A stretch of 64,000 nucleotides of DNA, from the NCBI GenBank assembly GCA_028534125.1, contig CM052817.1:28956001-29020000 (forward strand). The letters run 5' to 3'. Position numbers and translations under genes: made by a program. Below the pieces are notes generated by a model. That model was given only the letters and a program-made list of their open reading frames with translations, was not told the origin of the DNA and ran no database searches. This DNA is from Lama glama (taxonomy: Eukaryota). Of the stretch, positions 37,569-50,024 are shown one piece after another (within the stretch, counting starts at the first letter, position 1; each line of letters begins with the position of its first letter).

Positions 37569-38635
37569 GTGATAGAGATGGAGGCTCTTTCCCCATTTTT
37601 TCCACCATGTATAATTCTCCTTTATAATCTAACATAGCTGTGGACGTGCCCTTTACTCTACTGAAATTCTACTACTGGGTTGTTTACATTATTTTTCCCT
37701 TCTCTTCACTGTGACTGACATAGGAAGTTTAATCGACTATCAAAGTCATCTTGGCTTCTTGGCCAGCCAAATACCAGATAGAGAATTTCAAATATTAACA
37801 CACATGTCATCCTAGTGAATGAAGAAAACATGAGTGGCCTATGGAAGTAGATGATATTCTGTCAACCCAGAATCAATGAAAGAAGCTTCCACAAAAAATT
37901 TTATGTCTTGACAATTAAATATTTTCTCCACCTGCCTCCCATTTTTCATGGCCATGACAATCTACCAAAGATGGGGGATCAAGAGTTGGAAAAATGAAGG
38001 GTAAAGTCTTTTTTGTGGTTTCTTAACTCCCCTGCTATGTATTGTTTATGATATACATAAGTTGTTCTGGTTTGAGTATCATCAATCATCCCACAATTTT
38101 CCATACCTAATATATTAAATCTGGTATGTCCTCTACAAGAAAAATCTTAGTATATATAGATAGTATACATGCAAGAGGGAAAAGTCTATGTCCATATCAC
38201 AAGGGCTATAGAAGTAGGAGTGTGGAAAGGCATTCTAAGGCAAATAGCAGGGCAACAAGTTAAAGAAAAGGAATCATTTTTAAAACATAAGGTCTCAAAG
38301 CTAAAACACACTGAGCTCATATTCTGCTTCAAACCGGAACAGTGTTTCACAATTTGAATAATATATATGGACACCTTTTAAAGAACAATGACATTCTTCT
38401 TCTCCCCCTCCTACTCCCATGGATAGCTTCAGTTATTATAGTATGTTTCTTAAAAATATTAAAAGTGGGATATATCTTTTATGCACATAGGTATTTATAT
38501 AACTGCAAAATTAAAGTTATAAGCTAAAGACAAGCTAAGCAATATATCTTACAATTAATTATAATTAAATGCATTCAAATTAAATTAAATACAATTAAAT
38601 TAATACATTAAATACAATTAAAAACATTAATGTCA

Positions 38636-41625
38636 GAGTACTTTTGCTTCTGGTCAAGATAAAGTAACAGGGAAAGAATTTAGCCTCCTGTCTGAAACAC
38701 ACCTCAAGTCTTTAGAAATAGGACAGTGAAGAAGAGAGATCTCTGAGCAATATTGATATTATTACAAAATACAATGAACCTTGAAATTGCCCAAGCTTGC
38801 CACATACAGGAAGTTTACAGGCTCCAATGTAAGAAGGAGGAAGCCACGCAGAGCCTAGCTGTTCTTCCTGAACTGGGGAGACAGAGCTGGGAGTCTGGGT
38901 AGACCAAAGTGGGCAGGAGATTGCAGGAACGCCTACCAGAGAGCAAAGAGCTGGTAGAGAAAGGACTCTTGAGATATACAGACAGTCTGCTTCAACTCTT
39001 CATGTGAATTCTGATCCCCACAACCATGTGAGAAAATTATCCAAGGCTGGAAGAAAGAAGCACCTAAAGCATTAGAGGAAGTAATCACTGAAACACACTT
39101 AGTGCCTGTTTCTATCAACCAGAGTGGAAAATGATATAATTCACAGCAGAACAGAGCATATTCAGAAGTCTATTGCTAACAATGCTGTGGTCCAACAAGA
39201 AAAGTTTAAAAGCAAGATGCAAAAGGATCAAACAGTTTGCCAATAACCTAATTATATCTCAGAATAAACTCAAAAATATTTCTAGGAAAACAAATCTATC
39301 CAGCACCCAACAGGCAAAATTTGCAGTGTCCGGCATCCAATCAAAATGACCAGTCATGCAAAGAAGGAAAACAAGGCCATAAAGGAGAAAATTTATAAAA
39401 CAACCCAGAAATTACACAAAATATAATTAGTAGATAAGGATATTAAAAGTCATATAACTGCATTCCGTATGAAGCAAGAATAAAGACTGAACACTTTTAA
39501 AAGAGACATCAAAGATCTGAGAAAGACAAACTGAACTTCTAGGGATGAAAACTACAATATTTGAATTTAAAAACACACTTGATGGGATGAGTGGAAGATT
39601 AGAAACTGCAGAAGAGACACTAGTGCCCTTGAAGACAGTAGTAGAAACCATTCACAATGAAACTAAGAGTAAAAGACATTTAAAAAAGAACAAGGAATCA
39701 GTGAACTGTGGGATAACATCAAACAGCCAAATATACAAATAATTATAATTGTCAAATGGGGAGAGAGAAGAAACTTTTTGAAGAAATAATGACCTGACAT
39801 TTTCCAAATTTGCTAAAAATTATAAAACTCACAGATTCAAGAAGCTCAATGAACCCCAAGCCAGAGAAAACTATGCCAAGGCATGTGGTAATAAAGTTGC
39901 TTAAAAATAACAATAAAGAGAAGAATCTTGAAAACAGCCAGAGGAAAATGACACACAGAAATAAAATAAGGACAATAGACTTCTTGATGGAAATAATGAA
40001 GCTAAAAAGCCATGGGGTACAGAAAATATCTTTCAAAAACAAACATAAAATGAAAATATTTTCAGACATACAAAACTGGAAGAATTCTTCAGCAGCAGAC
40101 CTGTACTAAAGAAATGTTAAAAGAAAAGGAAAATATATCAGATAAAAACCTATGTCTACCTAAAGAGTAAGGCGCATAGGAAATATGATTATGTTGGTAG
40201 AAACTTTTTTTCTATTTCTATTTTCTTTTTTATTTCAACTTTTTAATGATTATATTATGACAATTTACCTTGGGCCTTACGATATACATAGAATAAAATT
40301 CATGACAATAGTAATACAAAGGTCAGGTGGAGAAAAATGAAAGAATACATTTACTATATATATAAGTTGTATAATATCATATGAATATTGGTTGTTATAG
40401 ATTGAAGGTATATACTGTAAATTCAAAGGCACCAGTAAACAAAGTTTAATTTAATAAAACAAGTTATATTAACAAGCCAAGAAGATACATTAAATAAAAT
40501 AAAGTGGAATGATACCAAAGAAGGCAGAAAAAGAAATGAAAGAACAATAGGCAAACAGAAAAAAGACAAAGACAAAGAAAAATGGTAGATTTAAATCTTA
40601 CCATATCAATAATCACAATAAATGCACAGTTGATCCTCATTGTTTGTGGATTCTTTAGTTGCAAATCTGTCTACTCACTAACATCTATTTGTAACCCCCC
40701 AAATCAATATTTGCTGTACTTTCTTGGCCATCCAGAGACTTGCGTGAAACAGTGAAATACTTGAGTGACCAAAATGCAAGTTCTCAGATGAAATTAAACA
40801 AGGCGGCACTCTGCCTTCTTGTTTCAGCTGTCATATTGTAAACAAATGTCCTTTTCATGGTCTATTTAGTGCCACATTTTTGCATTTTTGTGCTTTTTGT
40901 TGGTGAGTTCACTATTTTAAATGGCCCCCAAGCATAGTGCTCAGACTCTGCGTAGTGTCTCTAAGCACAAGAAGGCTGTGCCTTACAATGACAAGGAGTG
41001 TGTTAGATAAGCTTCGTTCGGGCATGAGCAATATTACTGTTGGCCATTAGTTCAATGTGAATGAATATGGTGTCCTTAAAAAGAAACACATATAAAACAA
41101 GGTTATATATGGATCATCTGACAAATCGATTACAACCAGAGGCTCAAGGAGCCTACTTGTACCTCTCCAAGGAACATGCTCAGGTATTCACTGATCCAGT
41201 GACCATGGTGACTTCATATAACGGAACTACTGCGTATATCAAGCATCCACTGTAAAAGGTCTTAATAAGCCAAATAAATGACAGAGATTCCCAGACTGGA
41301 TAAAAAAGCATGACCCAACAAACCTGCCTACAAGCAACTTATTTTAAATGTAATGAGACAACAAGGTTAAAAAAAAAGAGATGGGAAAAGTTATACCATG
41401 TTGACACTGATCAAAAAGAAAGCCAATTTATATTAGCCAATTTATATAAAGATTTTAGAGCAAGAATATTACAAAGGATAAAGAGATTAATTTCATAATG
41501 ATATTAAATGGATCAATTCTTCAAGAAGATGTAACCTTTATGCACTTACCATCCGAGATTCTAAATGTATGAAGCAAAAACTGATACAACTGCCGAGAAA
41601 CACACAAATCCACAATTATAGGTCA
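38636..41625 (+). mobile_element. Old L1 5' portion (5'UTR, ORF1 remnant, ORF2 endonuclease start), split by MER82
   Basis: ORF1-like remnants MKTTIFEFKNTLDGMSGRLETAEE (39545) and PRHVVIKLLK (39810); ORF2 start tcaataatcacaataaatg / gactggataaaaaagcatgacccaac. Confidence 0.85.
40627..41252. mobile_element. MER82 TcMar-Tigger element, opposite orientation to 21531-22186
   Basis: cagttgatcctc...catccactg|ta; ctctgccttcttgtttcagc and tttgcatttttgtgctttttgttggtga blocks complement the first copy. Confidence 0.9.
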
Positions 41626-43734
41626 AATCCCTATAATACATCCCTTCTAAGAGGATACGATACTTTTGCAGGGAATCACTCTGTAAAAATGGAAGGATTT
41701 CCCTTGCTCTTTGACAAGCCATGTCTTATCTTTCCTCTAAAATTTTGCATGGAGTCATCTTTCCCATAATCAAATGCAATAAATTTTTCTACTTTAGCAA
41801 CAGAAATTGGTTAAAACTTATAAAATTGAAGGTGAACGCAGAATTAATTTTTTGAATTTGAAATTTTAAAAATAACTGATGGAATATTAAAAGATTGCTT
41901 CTAAGATAAATAAAAAGAAGCATCATGACATGCCCAGCAATCTACAGACTACGTAGTTCCTGTAGGTAAGATCTTACTATAGGAAAGGTCAAGAGTTTGG
42001 AGATATTCTTTACATTTTTCCTTATATTTTAGTCTCCTTACGCTAAGTTTACAGGTTTGAATTTAAAAATTTTTGTTTTGCTTTTTTCATACATTGTTAA
42101 TGGGGGTAGTGAAAGAAGGAAGGGCCCTTCCCTTCCCCTCACTCATAGTGTGAATATTCAGTACCTTCTCTAGGTTGATTTAATTTTTTTCCTATGGCTG
42201 TCAAATTAGAGGAAATGAACCATCATGATTCTGTAACATCAGCGCGTTTATTAACAACCAGAACACTAATGGTATGTTAGTTTATTTTACAGTAAACACA
42301 GTAGATGAACACCCACTCTCAAATAAGTCTTCACAACAATTTTATAATGTAAATATGTACCAAAAAGCAAATATTCTGCAAATGAAGCAACCAAGACTGA
42401 ATGAAGTTAAATAATTTGCACAGGTCAGGTCTAGAGCCTAGACCAACATGAGTCTTCAGATTATATTTCCAGAACACTTTCCCAGGCTTTTTGTTTTGTT
42501 CTTAATTCCTTTCTTAATAATCCCTGACATGTGTTGACATTTTAGCTCTGAAAGCACATAGGACCACGTTCTTTAGGGTACCACCTACCTAACTTCTCAA
42601 CTGCCTCCTTGGTCTATGCCAGTAACTCAGATTCCACTTTCCTATAAACATTGTTTAGGACCATTCATATGCCCCTTTAATCAACCAGAATAGATCTTCC
42701 TGCAATGTAGGAAGATCTATACTTCCCTCAGTTTGGTGCTTTACAAACCAAAAGAACCTAAAGTCACCCCCTCCAATATTAGAAGACTCACTGTCACTTC
42801 CACACTATCCAATATTTTAGAGTCAATATTCTGTCTTACTTATCTTCATTTTGTTTATTTATTTTACAAATGTCAATATAATGCTTACTATGTACCAAGT
42901 CATGTTCTAAAGCCTTCACAAATATTAATTTGCCTCAATCCTTACAAGCCAAGTGCCTTACATACCCTCATTTGAGAGGAAGGGGATGGAGAATCACTTC
43001 CCAGAGCTTTGCACAGTGACAACTTATAAACAACAAAATCATAACACTGCCATAAGTCCAACTAGTGAAATCCTACAATTTAGACTGAAGTTTGAGCAGT
43101 CTCAGATGAAGAACTCTACATTAACAGTTTATTAGCTCTTACACTGAAATCAAGAAATGTTTGTGAATAACACAGGGTGTGAAAGTCTACATGGTAGATT
43201 AGAGAGCAGCGTAGAAATAGTTCAGTGAAAGAGGAAGGACTAGGTTCATAACATTACCTGAGGTCCTCCTGGCTAGGCTGTACATATATATATACGTATG
43301 CATACCCACATGGACACATATGGACACACACATACATGTATGGATGGATAGATACACACACACATATATATAATCAGTTAACTAAAAATAAAAATGGAAA
43401 TTTTATTGCCATCACATAGCTAAACACGGAGCATTTCCTTGAGAGAATTAATTTCTTTGCAATTAATCCTTTTGTAACCTTAATGCCCAGAGTCAAAATA
43501 ACTCCTTCAGTTACTGTTAGGGAAAATTTTCATTGACGGGGTAGATCTAAATCATTCTGAAAGGGAAGATAATTAGCCTTCTGTTCCGGCCTAAAACACA
43601 TATTACATTCAAACAATACCACCAAAAAATGACTAAATTTATTTTGCATCAAAAAATTAACCTTACTCTTTCAAATCAACAATTGGTGTGAAACTATTTC
43701 AGAGTATTTTTTTAAGAACAGTAATAATATTTAA

Positions 43735-43950
43735 CAATGTGAGAACTTAATTTGTGCCAGGCCCTCTTCTAAGAGCTTTACATGATCACCTTATTTAATC
43801 CCCATAACAACCCTATGAAGTAGACACCACTATGATTCCTATTTCACACTTATAGGAACTAAAACAGAGAGAATCTACATAATTGGCTCAAGGTCATATA
43901 GCCAGTAAACGCAGGAGATTTAAACTCCAAAACTCTGACTTCAGAACTTC
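43735..43950 (-). mobile_element. MIR SINE
   Basis: atttaatccccataacaaccctatgaagtag...ggctcaaggtcatatagccagtaa. Confidence 0.8.
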
Positions 43951-44494
43951 TAACTACAATGATAGAAATGTTTGTCAGAATAGTATTGAAGCTGAAGGCT
44001 TTAGCATCCAAAAGCCTTGTCCATATTTCTATTTTAATTTTTCAGAAGTCCTAGAAAGTTAGTGAATATCATCTCCAGTTAGGAAACTAGAAGTGAGATG
44101 TTTCCCAAATACTTCAAGGAAAGAAAATTCTCACGTAAAACTCCACTAATAAATGTAAGACATTGTCACCTGAGATCAAAGGCCTGGAGAAGTCATTTTA
44201 AAAGACTGTTGCCTTGTGGCTTGTGATCACTGCCCAGGCAAAAGAGAAGGTCTTCTGCCAGGTTCTCAGAACCTAACAATAGACTAAATTTTTGGCCAAC
44301 AATTCCACATTATCAATTTTATGTGTTTTAAAAACTCTTAATGGAGGTACTAAGATTCTGACGATGTATTTATGTCCAGTTTGCGATTAGTTCTGAAATA
44401 TCCACTTTGCTTACCATAAATTTGATACTTTAAGTCTCTCTTCTGGCACCTATTTATTATATTAGATCTGTGAAAACAGCAAATGGAGTCGAAA

Positions 44495-44720
44495 ATATTT
44501 ATATAGCCTTATTATGTTCCAGACAGTCCTAAGCACATCACATATTTTAACTCATTTAATCCGCACAATTTTATTAAATAAACAGTTATTATCACCATTT
44601 CAGACGTAAAGAAGCTGTGGCCCTGAGAAGTTAAGGGTCTTCAAGGTCACTTACACTAGTGCAAATGTTAAAGACTGGATCCAAACCAGATTATCTGGTT
44701 TCCTAACCTCTCTGTTGTAT
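44495..44720 (-). mobile_element. MIR SINE
   Basis: taactcatttaatcc...ttattatcaccatttcagacgtaaagaagctgtggccctgagaagttaag...tcaaggtcac. Confidence 0.75.
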
Positions 44721-45182
44721 TATCTTGAGACGATCCAACTATTCTAAAACACGATTAGAGCCCCAGCCTTATGTTCTCTCTTGGGCAACTCATCCCCAGA
44801 TACTAATGCATTCACTAAGCATTTACTGAGTACCAGTTTTCCCGACCCTGCCTGAGAACACAATGATAAATAAGGCAGAGGAACTTTTAAGGAGAAGAGG
44901 AAAGCATATAAATGATTAATTATAATAGGAGGGCTGAATGCCAGCACAGAGTAGATAGAAAGCATTGCAGGAGCTTAAATGTGACTATACTTGGTCCACA
45001 AGCCGTCACTGAGGGGAGGGGGGAAGGGAGGAGGGATTTTTCTGGGGGAGAAAATGGAGTAATCCCCCTCCCCACCGAAAAAGCTAAGAGTGAATTTAAA
45101 AAACAGAAACCATTACCTTTAGATTTACCTTAAGGGGAAAAAAATGGTGACTTAATAATGCTTCAAGAATATGAATCATTTT

Positions 45183-45642
45183 ATTAGGCAGGATCCTTGC
45201 AGGACGCATAAAAGTGATAACTGAGACAGTTTAATGAGGGACTATTTGCAGAATTGGGGGCAGGGTTAAAGGCGCTAGAGAAGGAGAAGCATCAGACACT
45301 CCAATAAGCCAGAAGCCCTTGCCATCTCTAATCTGGAGCAGCAAAGAGATGTTGCTGTCACTGCCGGTGACAGGAGCTGTAACGGTGGGAAAGAGTCTGA
45401 CAAACTGGAGCTGTGGCTCTGGGTGGAGGAACACAGCCACGGCCAAACCACAGCCCGACGAATGGGTGGGGAAAATACATCCTCCGGCCTCATTCTCTCC
45501 CGTCCACCAATCCCCTGCTGGTGTCTCCACCGGCTGAGCAGAGGGCAAGGGCGTTTATTTGATACATTTGTAGTCAGAACCCAGAGCAGGGTGAGAGCAC
45601 CCGGTGCTGACCTGGAAACACAAATGGAGAGTAACTGACACT
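45183..45642 (-). mobile_element. ERVL LTR16-like solo LTR (CpG-rich copy)
   Basis: gagacagtttaatgagggactatttgcaga, ggagctgtggc..ggaggaacacagccac, aaatacatcctccggcctcattctctcc, cagagggcaaggg, cccagagcagggtg. Confidence 0.75.
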
Positions 45643-47442
45643 CGATCATTTCTCCGAAAATAGTACTTGGTACTCACTTCATCACCTCGGAGGAAAACAG
45701 GAAACATAGCAAGGAAGACCTATATTTGGTTAAATGAAGACTTTTCTAGAAGAGCTACGTAATGACTAAAATCAGCTACATCAACATGGACTTTGCAGAG
45801 ATCTCCTGTGAAGATTTTTAAATACAGAATTTTGGTAACACACTAGGCTCAAGTCTGTCTGGTAGTACTTACTACTTTAAAATTTTTTTAGTTAAAGAGA
45901 CTTAGTCCATTTACAGAAACTGCATTTCATGAGTCTCCTTTTAGAGAAGACTTTGTTTTTGTCCATCTGATCAGCAAAGGTTATTCATTTTACCTCTAAA
46001 TATTCTCGTATCTACTTCCTTTTCCTTTTTCCCACAGCTACTGTTTAGTTCAAGCTTTTATCAATGAAGGCTACCACTGGTCCCGACAGCAGTGAACTCC
46101 AAGTTCCTGAAATGACAGTCTGCTCTCTGCGCAGAGTCCTGACTACGTGCCCCAAACATACCATAAACTCAGATAATGGCACTAAGAATTTCACGGAGAA
46201 AGATCCTTGACTGATTATGTTTTCCAATTTGCATGCAGTTTGCAGTAATTTTAACTATGCAAAATTAGCATTTAATTACAATTCATTCTTCTTGGCTTCT
46301 TTCAAGGAGCCCCGTTAATTAAGGTGAGAATTTAGATGAATCTGGTTCTGCTAGATAAGCGAAATTGACTCTGATCTTTACGTAAAAATTAGGCATTGTA
46401 AGAATTCCATTAATCAGCATTAATGTTCCCTCTGGTCATATTTAGTTTTTGAGTGTTTGGTACTATTGCCCCTTCCTAAACTTTCTTTTACATTGCTCTT
46501 AACAAAGATTTAATTTTTTTCTAATTTGCTAGCTGACAAACCAACCCACGGGTTAACTTCCTACAAACAATGAAAGTAGAAATGAGGGAAGCTGCCCATC
46601 AGTAAGGGACCTAAACAGATTGATGGGAAAGAAGAGCAGTACTGGAGCTACTATTATCGCATACTCATAAAGCTTGACGGGGTAACGTAAGGAAGAGTCT
46701 CCAGCAGGGAAGGTACTCTGTCTTCCATGGAAAACTTCAGACACCACAGTTTCAATGGAGGCTTGGAGTGAGTTATACTTTATTAGAAACAGGCTTGATC
46801 TGAAAGTCTTTTTATGCAACAGTAGACCCCCTCCACCCCCTTGCCTATCCCAAAGCTCCCCCAAAACTTGGCAGGCAGGTGCTTTCACTCCAGGCAATAA
46901 AATTATGTTCTTCTCTAAAAACATTGAACAAATCAGGTTGACATAACATTGTCAGTTGGTGGCAGCACTGTGGAGCGCTCCTGAGCCTGGTGGAACAGGG
47001 CAAAGGGGAACTGAGATTTTGCCTTTCTTTGCTTGTCAAACATTGTCACCTACACGTAACGGGCACCCACAAGAAGGTGCACAAGGTGCACAGTGGATCA
47101 CTCAAAGTCCTTTTCTATTTTCATGAGTCTAGAGAAGTCTCCTTTTTATTTTATTTATCCAGAGATGGTACCTTTTTCTTTCCTGCCTTCTCAGAGAGGA
47201 TTCCTTTTCTGGTTTCCACAATGATGCAGTATAGGTAAACAAGTTCAAAAATGATGGAATCAGCGAGCAGAGATCTCACATGGTGGCATCTAAGGGCCCC
47301 CTAATACTTTCTTCTCTGCTCACACAAAAGCAAGGCATGCCTTCATTTAGCTAAAAGCAATACCCATTTACCCAGACCTTCATATCCAAGAGAAGTGGAT
47401 GATTGGAAGCCATTCTAACTGTATATTGAATGAGCCAATAAA

Positions 47443-47763
47443 TAGGGGTCAGCACTCTGTGTTTTTGAACCAGATCCCACCTGCCACTTATTTTTGTACT
47501 GCCTGCAAGCTAAAAATTTAATAATTTGTGATGGTTGAATAAAGTCAAAAGAAGATTAATATTCTGTGCCTGTGTAAATTATATGAAATTCAAATTTCAG
47601 TGTCCAAAATAAAGGTTTTTCTTGGAACACAGCCATGCTCATTTATTACTAATGACTGCTTTGGCACAACAATGGCAGAGTAGCTGTGATAGAGAACATA
47701 GGGCTTAGAAATCCTAAGATATTTACCCTCTGGTCCTTTACAGACAAAATTTTTCAATCCCTA
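47443..47763. mobile_element. MER58B-like hAT-Charlie element
   Basis: taggggtcagca start, atatgaaattcaaatttcagtgtcca, ttggaacacagccatgctcattt, atatttaccctctggtcctttacaga end. Confidence 0.85.
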
Positions 47764-49647
47764 TTCTAAAGTATTTGTTCCTTTTCTTGAGGTTGGAAAG
47801 AATGAGTTGGAGGGTGGGCATGTGGTTAGACTCCACACTTTCTTTTGCCTCCTTTTTTTTTTTTTTTTCACTTGCTTTCTTTTGGGATAGTCAATACATA
47901 GCATCTTTTATTTCACATTACCTGTTGTCCACCCTTGATAAAAAGCTGAAAGTGGAACCATGTAAGCAAAATCCAAGTCTACCCTCTTGTCAGAGAGTAC
48001 CAGTGCAGAGGGGAGACTCTGAAAAAGTCAGGCTGAATTTGGGTTCTGTGTTAGGGAAGGGGGAAGTTGGGCCAAATCTTTCACCCCTATCTTTAGGACC
48101 TAGAGTTTCAAGGAGTTCTCTGTAAACTCTCAGAGGACCCCGGCGCTCCACAGGACCAACGCTTAAGAACTGGTAGTTGTCATTTTATAAAAAATCTTCT
48201 TTTGCCATCTTAAACCAGTAGGCAGTAATGTTTTATTCATACTTCTTCTCTGGAAGCAGGTTTAAACCAAACTTCAGCCACTACCTGGTTCCCTGTTCAT
48301 ACAGAATGGCCTTGTAATAGCTCTTTTCCTTAATCCATGTGCCCACATGCTCTTTTACAGGGCCAGGGAATCAGCTGTCAGGTCCTGAAGAGGAGACAGG
48401 ATTTAAATCCTCAACAGAGAAGAGAACTAACGGAGATACCCTCGAAGACAGCATGGGGTTATCCAAAGGACAGCAGGTCCTCCTTTATTTTCAGCTTCTG
48501 ACATGTTATTGAGCTGCCCTGAAAGAAACACCACAAATCACTGACATTCTGAGAGTTAGGTAGAATTTTTTGCAGTGTTATAATGCTTTCATTTTATGCC
48601 TTAGAAATACCCGAAATAATGTGAATTTTCCTTTGGGAATTTACATGTTCTTTCGGTGTTTTGACATAAGCGCGTGAAGGAGCCAGAGGCACTACAGCAG
48701 TGAGAGTGAAATCCAGAGAAACAGAATGAAGGGCGGACACGGTGTTTGTCTGTGGATTTCTCACTCCAGAAGGCCCCAGCCCAATGGATCCCAGACTATT
48801 TAGAAATGAGGGAACCTCGGAAGGCTTTGGGTTTGGAAACAGAAGACCTAAGTGTGCAGAGTCTGACTGGGGACCCGGCTATGCTTGTGACATAATTCTA
48901 AAGCTAAAGGAAAATTTTTATTTGATTATCCAAATTCCTGCCCACTACCCGTCATTGACTACAGTGCTGTTCTGTAAAAGGGCAGCAGTCTTATTTGTAT
49001 TCAGACAAAGCACATCCTGAGGAAACATGAGGAAAATCTACTTAGAATGGTTGACATTTGTCTTTTAGACATTGCTAGGAAGGCTGCCAGTCTATTTACC
49101 TTCAAAAAGACAAAGATAAAACTCTCAAAAGCAAATTGGTCCTTGTAACGCATTGGGATGTATTACCTACACTCCGGTAAAGAAGATAATATAAATACTC
49201 TGCAATGAATTTGTGAAAAGATAATGTTGTGTCAAATTGAAATTATTACAGTTATAATCATGTACCATTAGGAAGACAGCCACTATGTTTCAGTCATGTA
49301 CTGGCTCTAGAAAATTTTAACATCAACATAACATTGTGCTATATGGCAATTATGATAATAGTCATCTAATTCATTATTAGATGGATTCACAGTTGTAATG
49401 AAGTAATTCCATGAATGATTAATAAAGCATATTAACTCTTGTGGCATATCAAATTCTGTACACTTTTCTTCACAAATATTATTTTTAGCTTTTAGCAGGA
49501 GGGAGATATTTGAGACTTTGTGGAATAAAAATGTGCATTATTTTAGAATACACTGTGAGAGCAGACATTACAAATACAGAATTTGATATTCATTATATAT
49601 AACAACTAAATTATACTGAGAGATGCTTTAAGACATAGATATCTAAA

Positions 49648-50024
49648 TATATTAGTCTGCTAAAGCTGCCATAAAAATATATCAGAGACTGGATGGCTTA
49701 AACAATAGAAATGTCTTTTCTCACAGCTGGAGGCTAAAAATCCAAGATCAAGGTGCTAGTAGGGTTGGTTTCCTGTGAGGCTCCCATCCTTATTGTGTCT
49801 CCACATGGCCTTTCCTTTGTGTGCGCATGCAAAGAGAGACAAAGAGATCTCTGGAGTCTCTTCCTCTTCTTGTAAGGTCACCAGTCCTATCTGATTAGGG
49901 CTCCACCCTTATGATCTCATTTAACTTGAATCACCTCCTTAACAACCCTATCTCCAAATACAGTCACACTGAGGCCTAGGGCTTCAATACATGAATTTGA
50001 GGGAACACAATTCAGTCCATAAAA
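49648..50024 (-). mobile_element. MaLR LTR, MLT1B-like
   Basis: tattagtctgctaaagctgccataa..ggcttaaacaatagaaat..tccaagatcaaggtg..acaattcagtccataa. Confidence 0.9.

Noticed and set aside
39545..40109. ORFs with protein-like composition (also 27917, 58065, 58151, 61677)
   Set aside because: Decayed L1 ORF1/ORF2 remnants, not host genes
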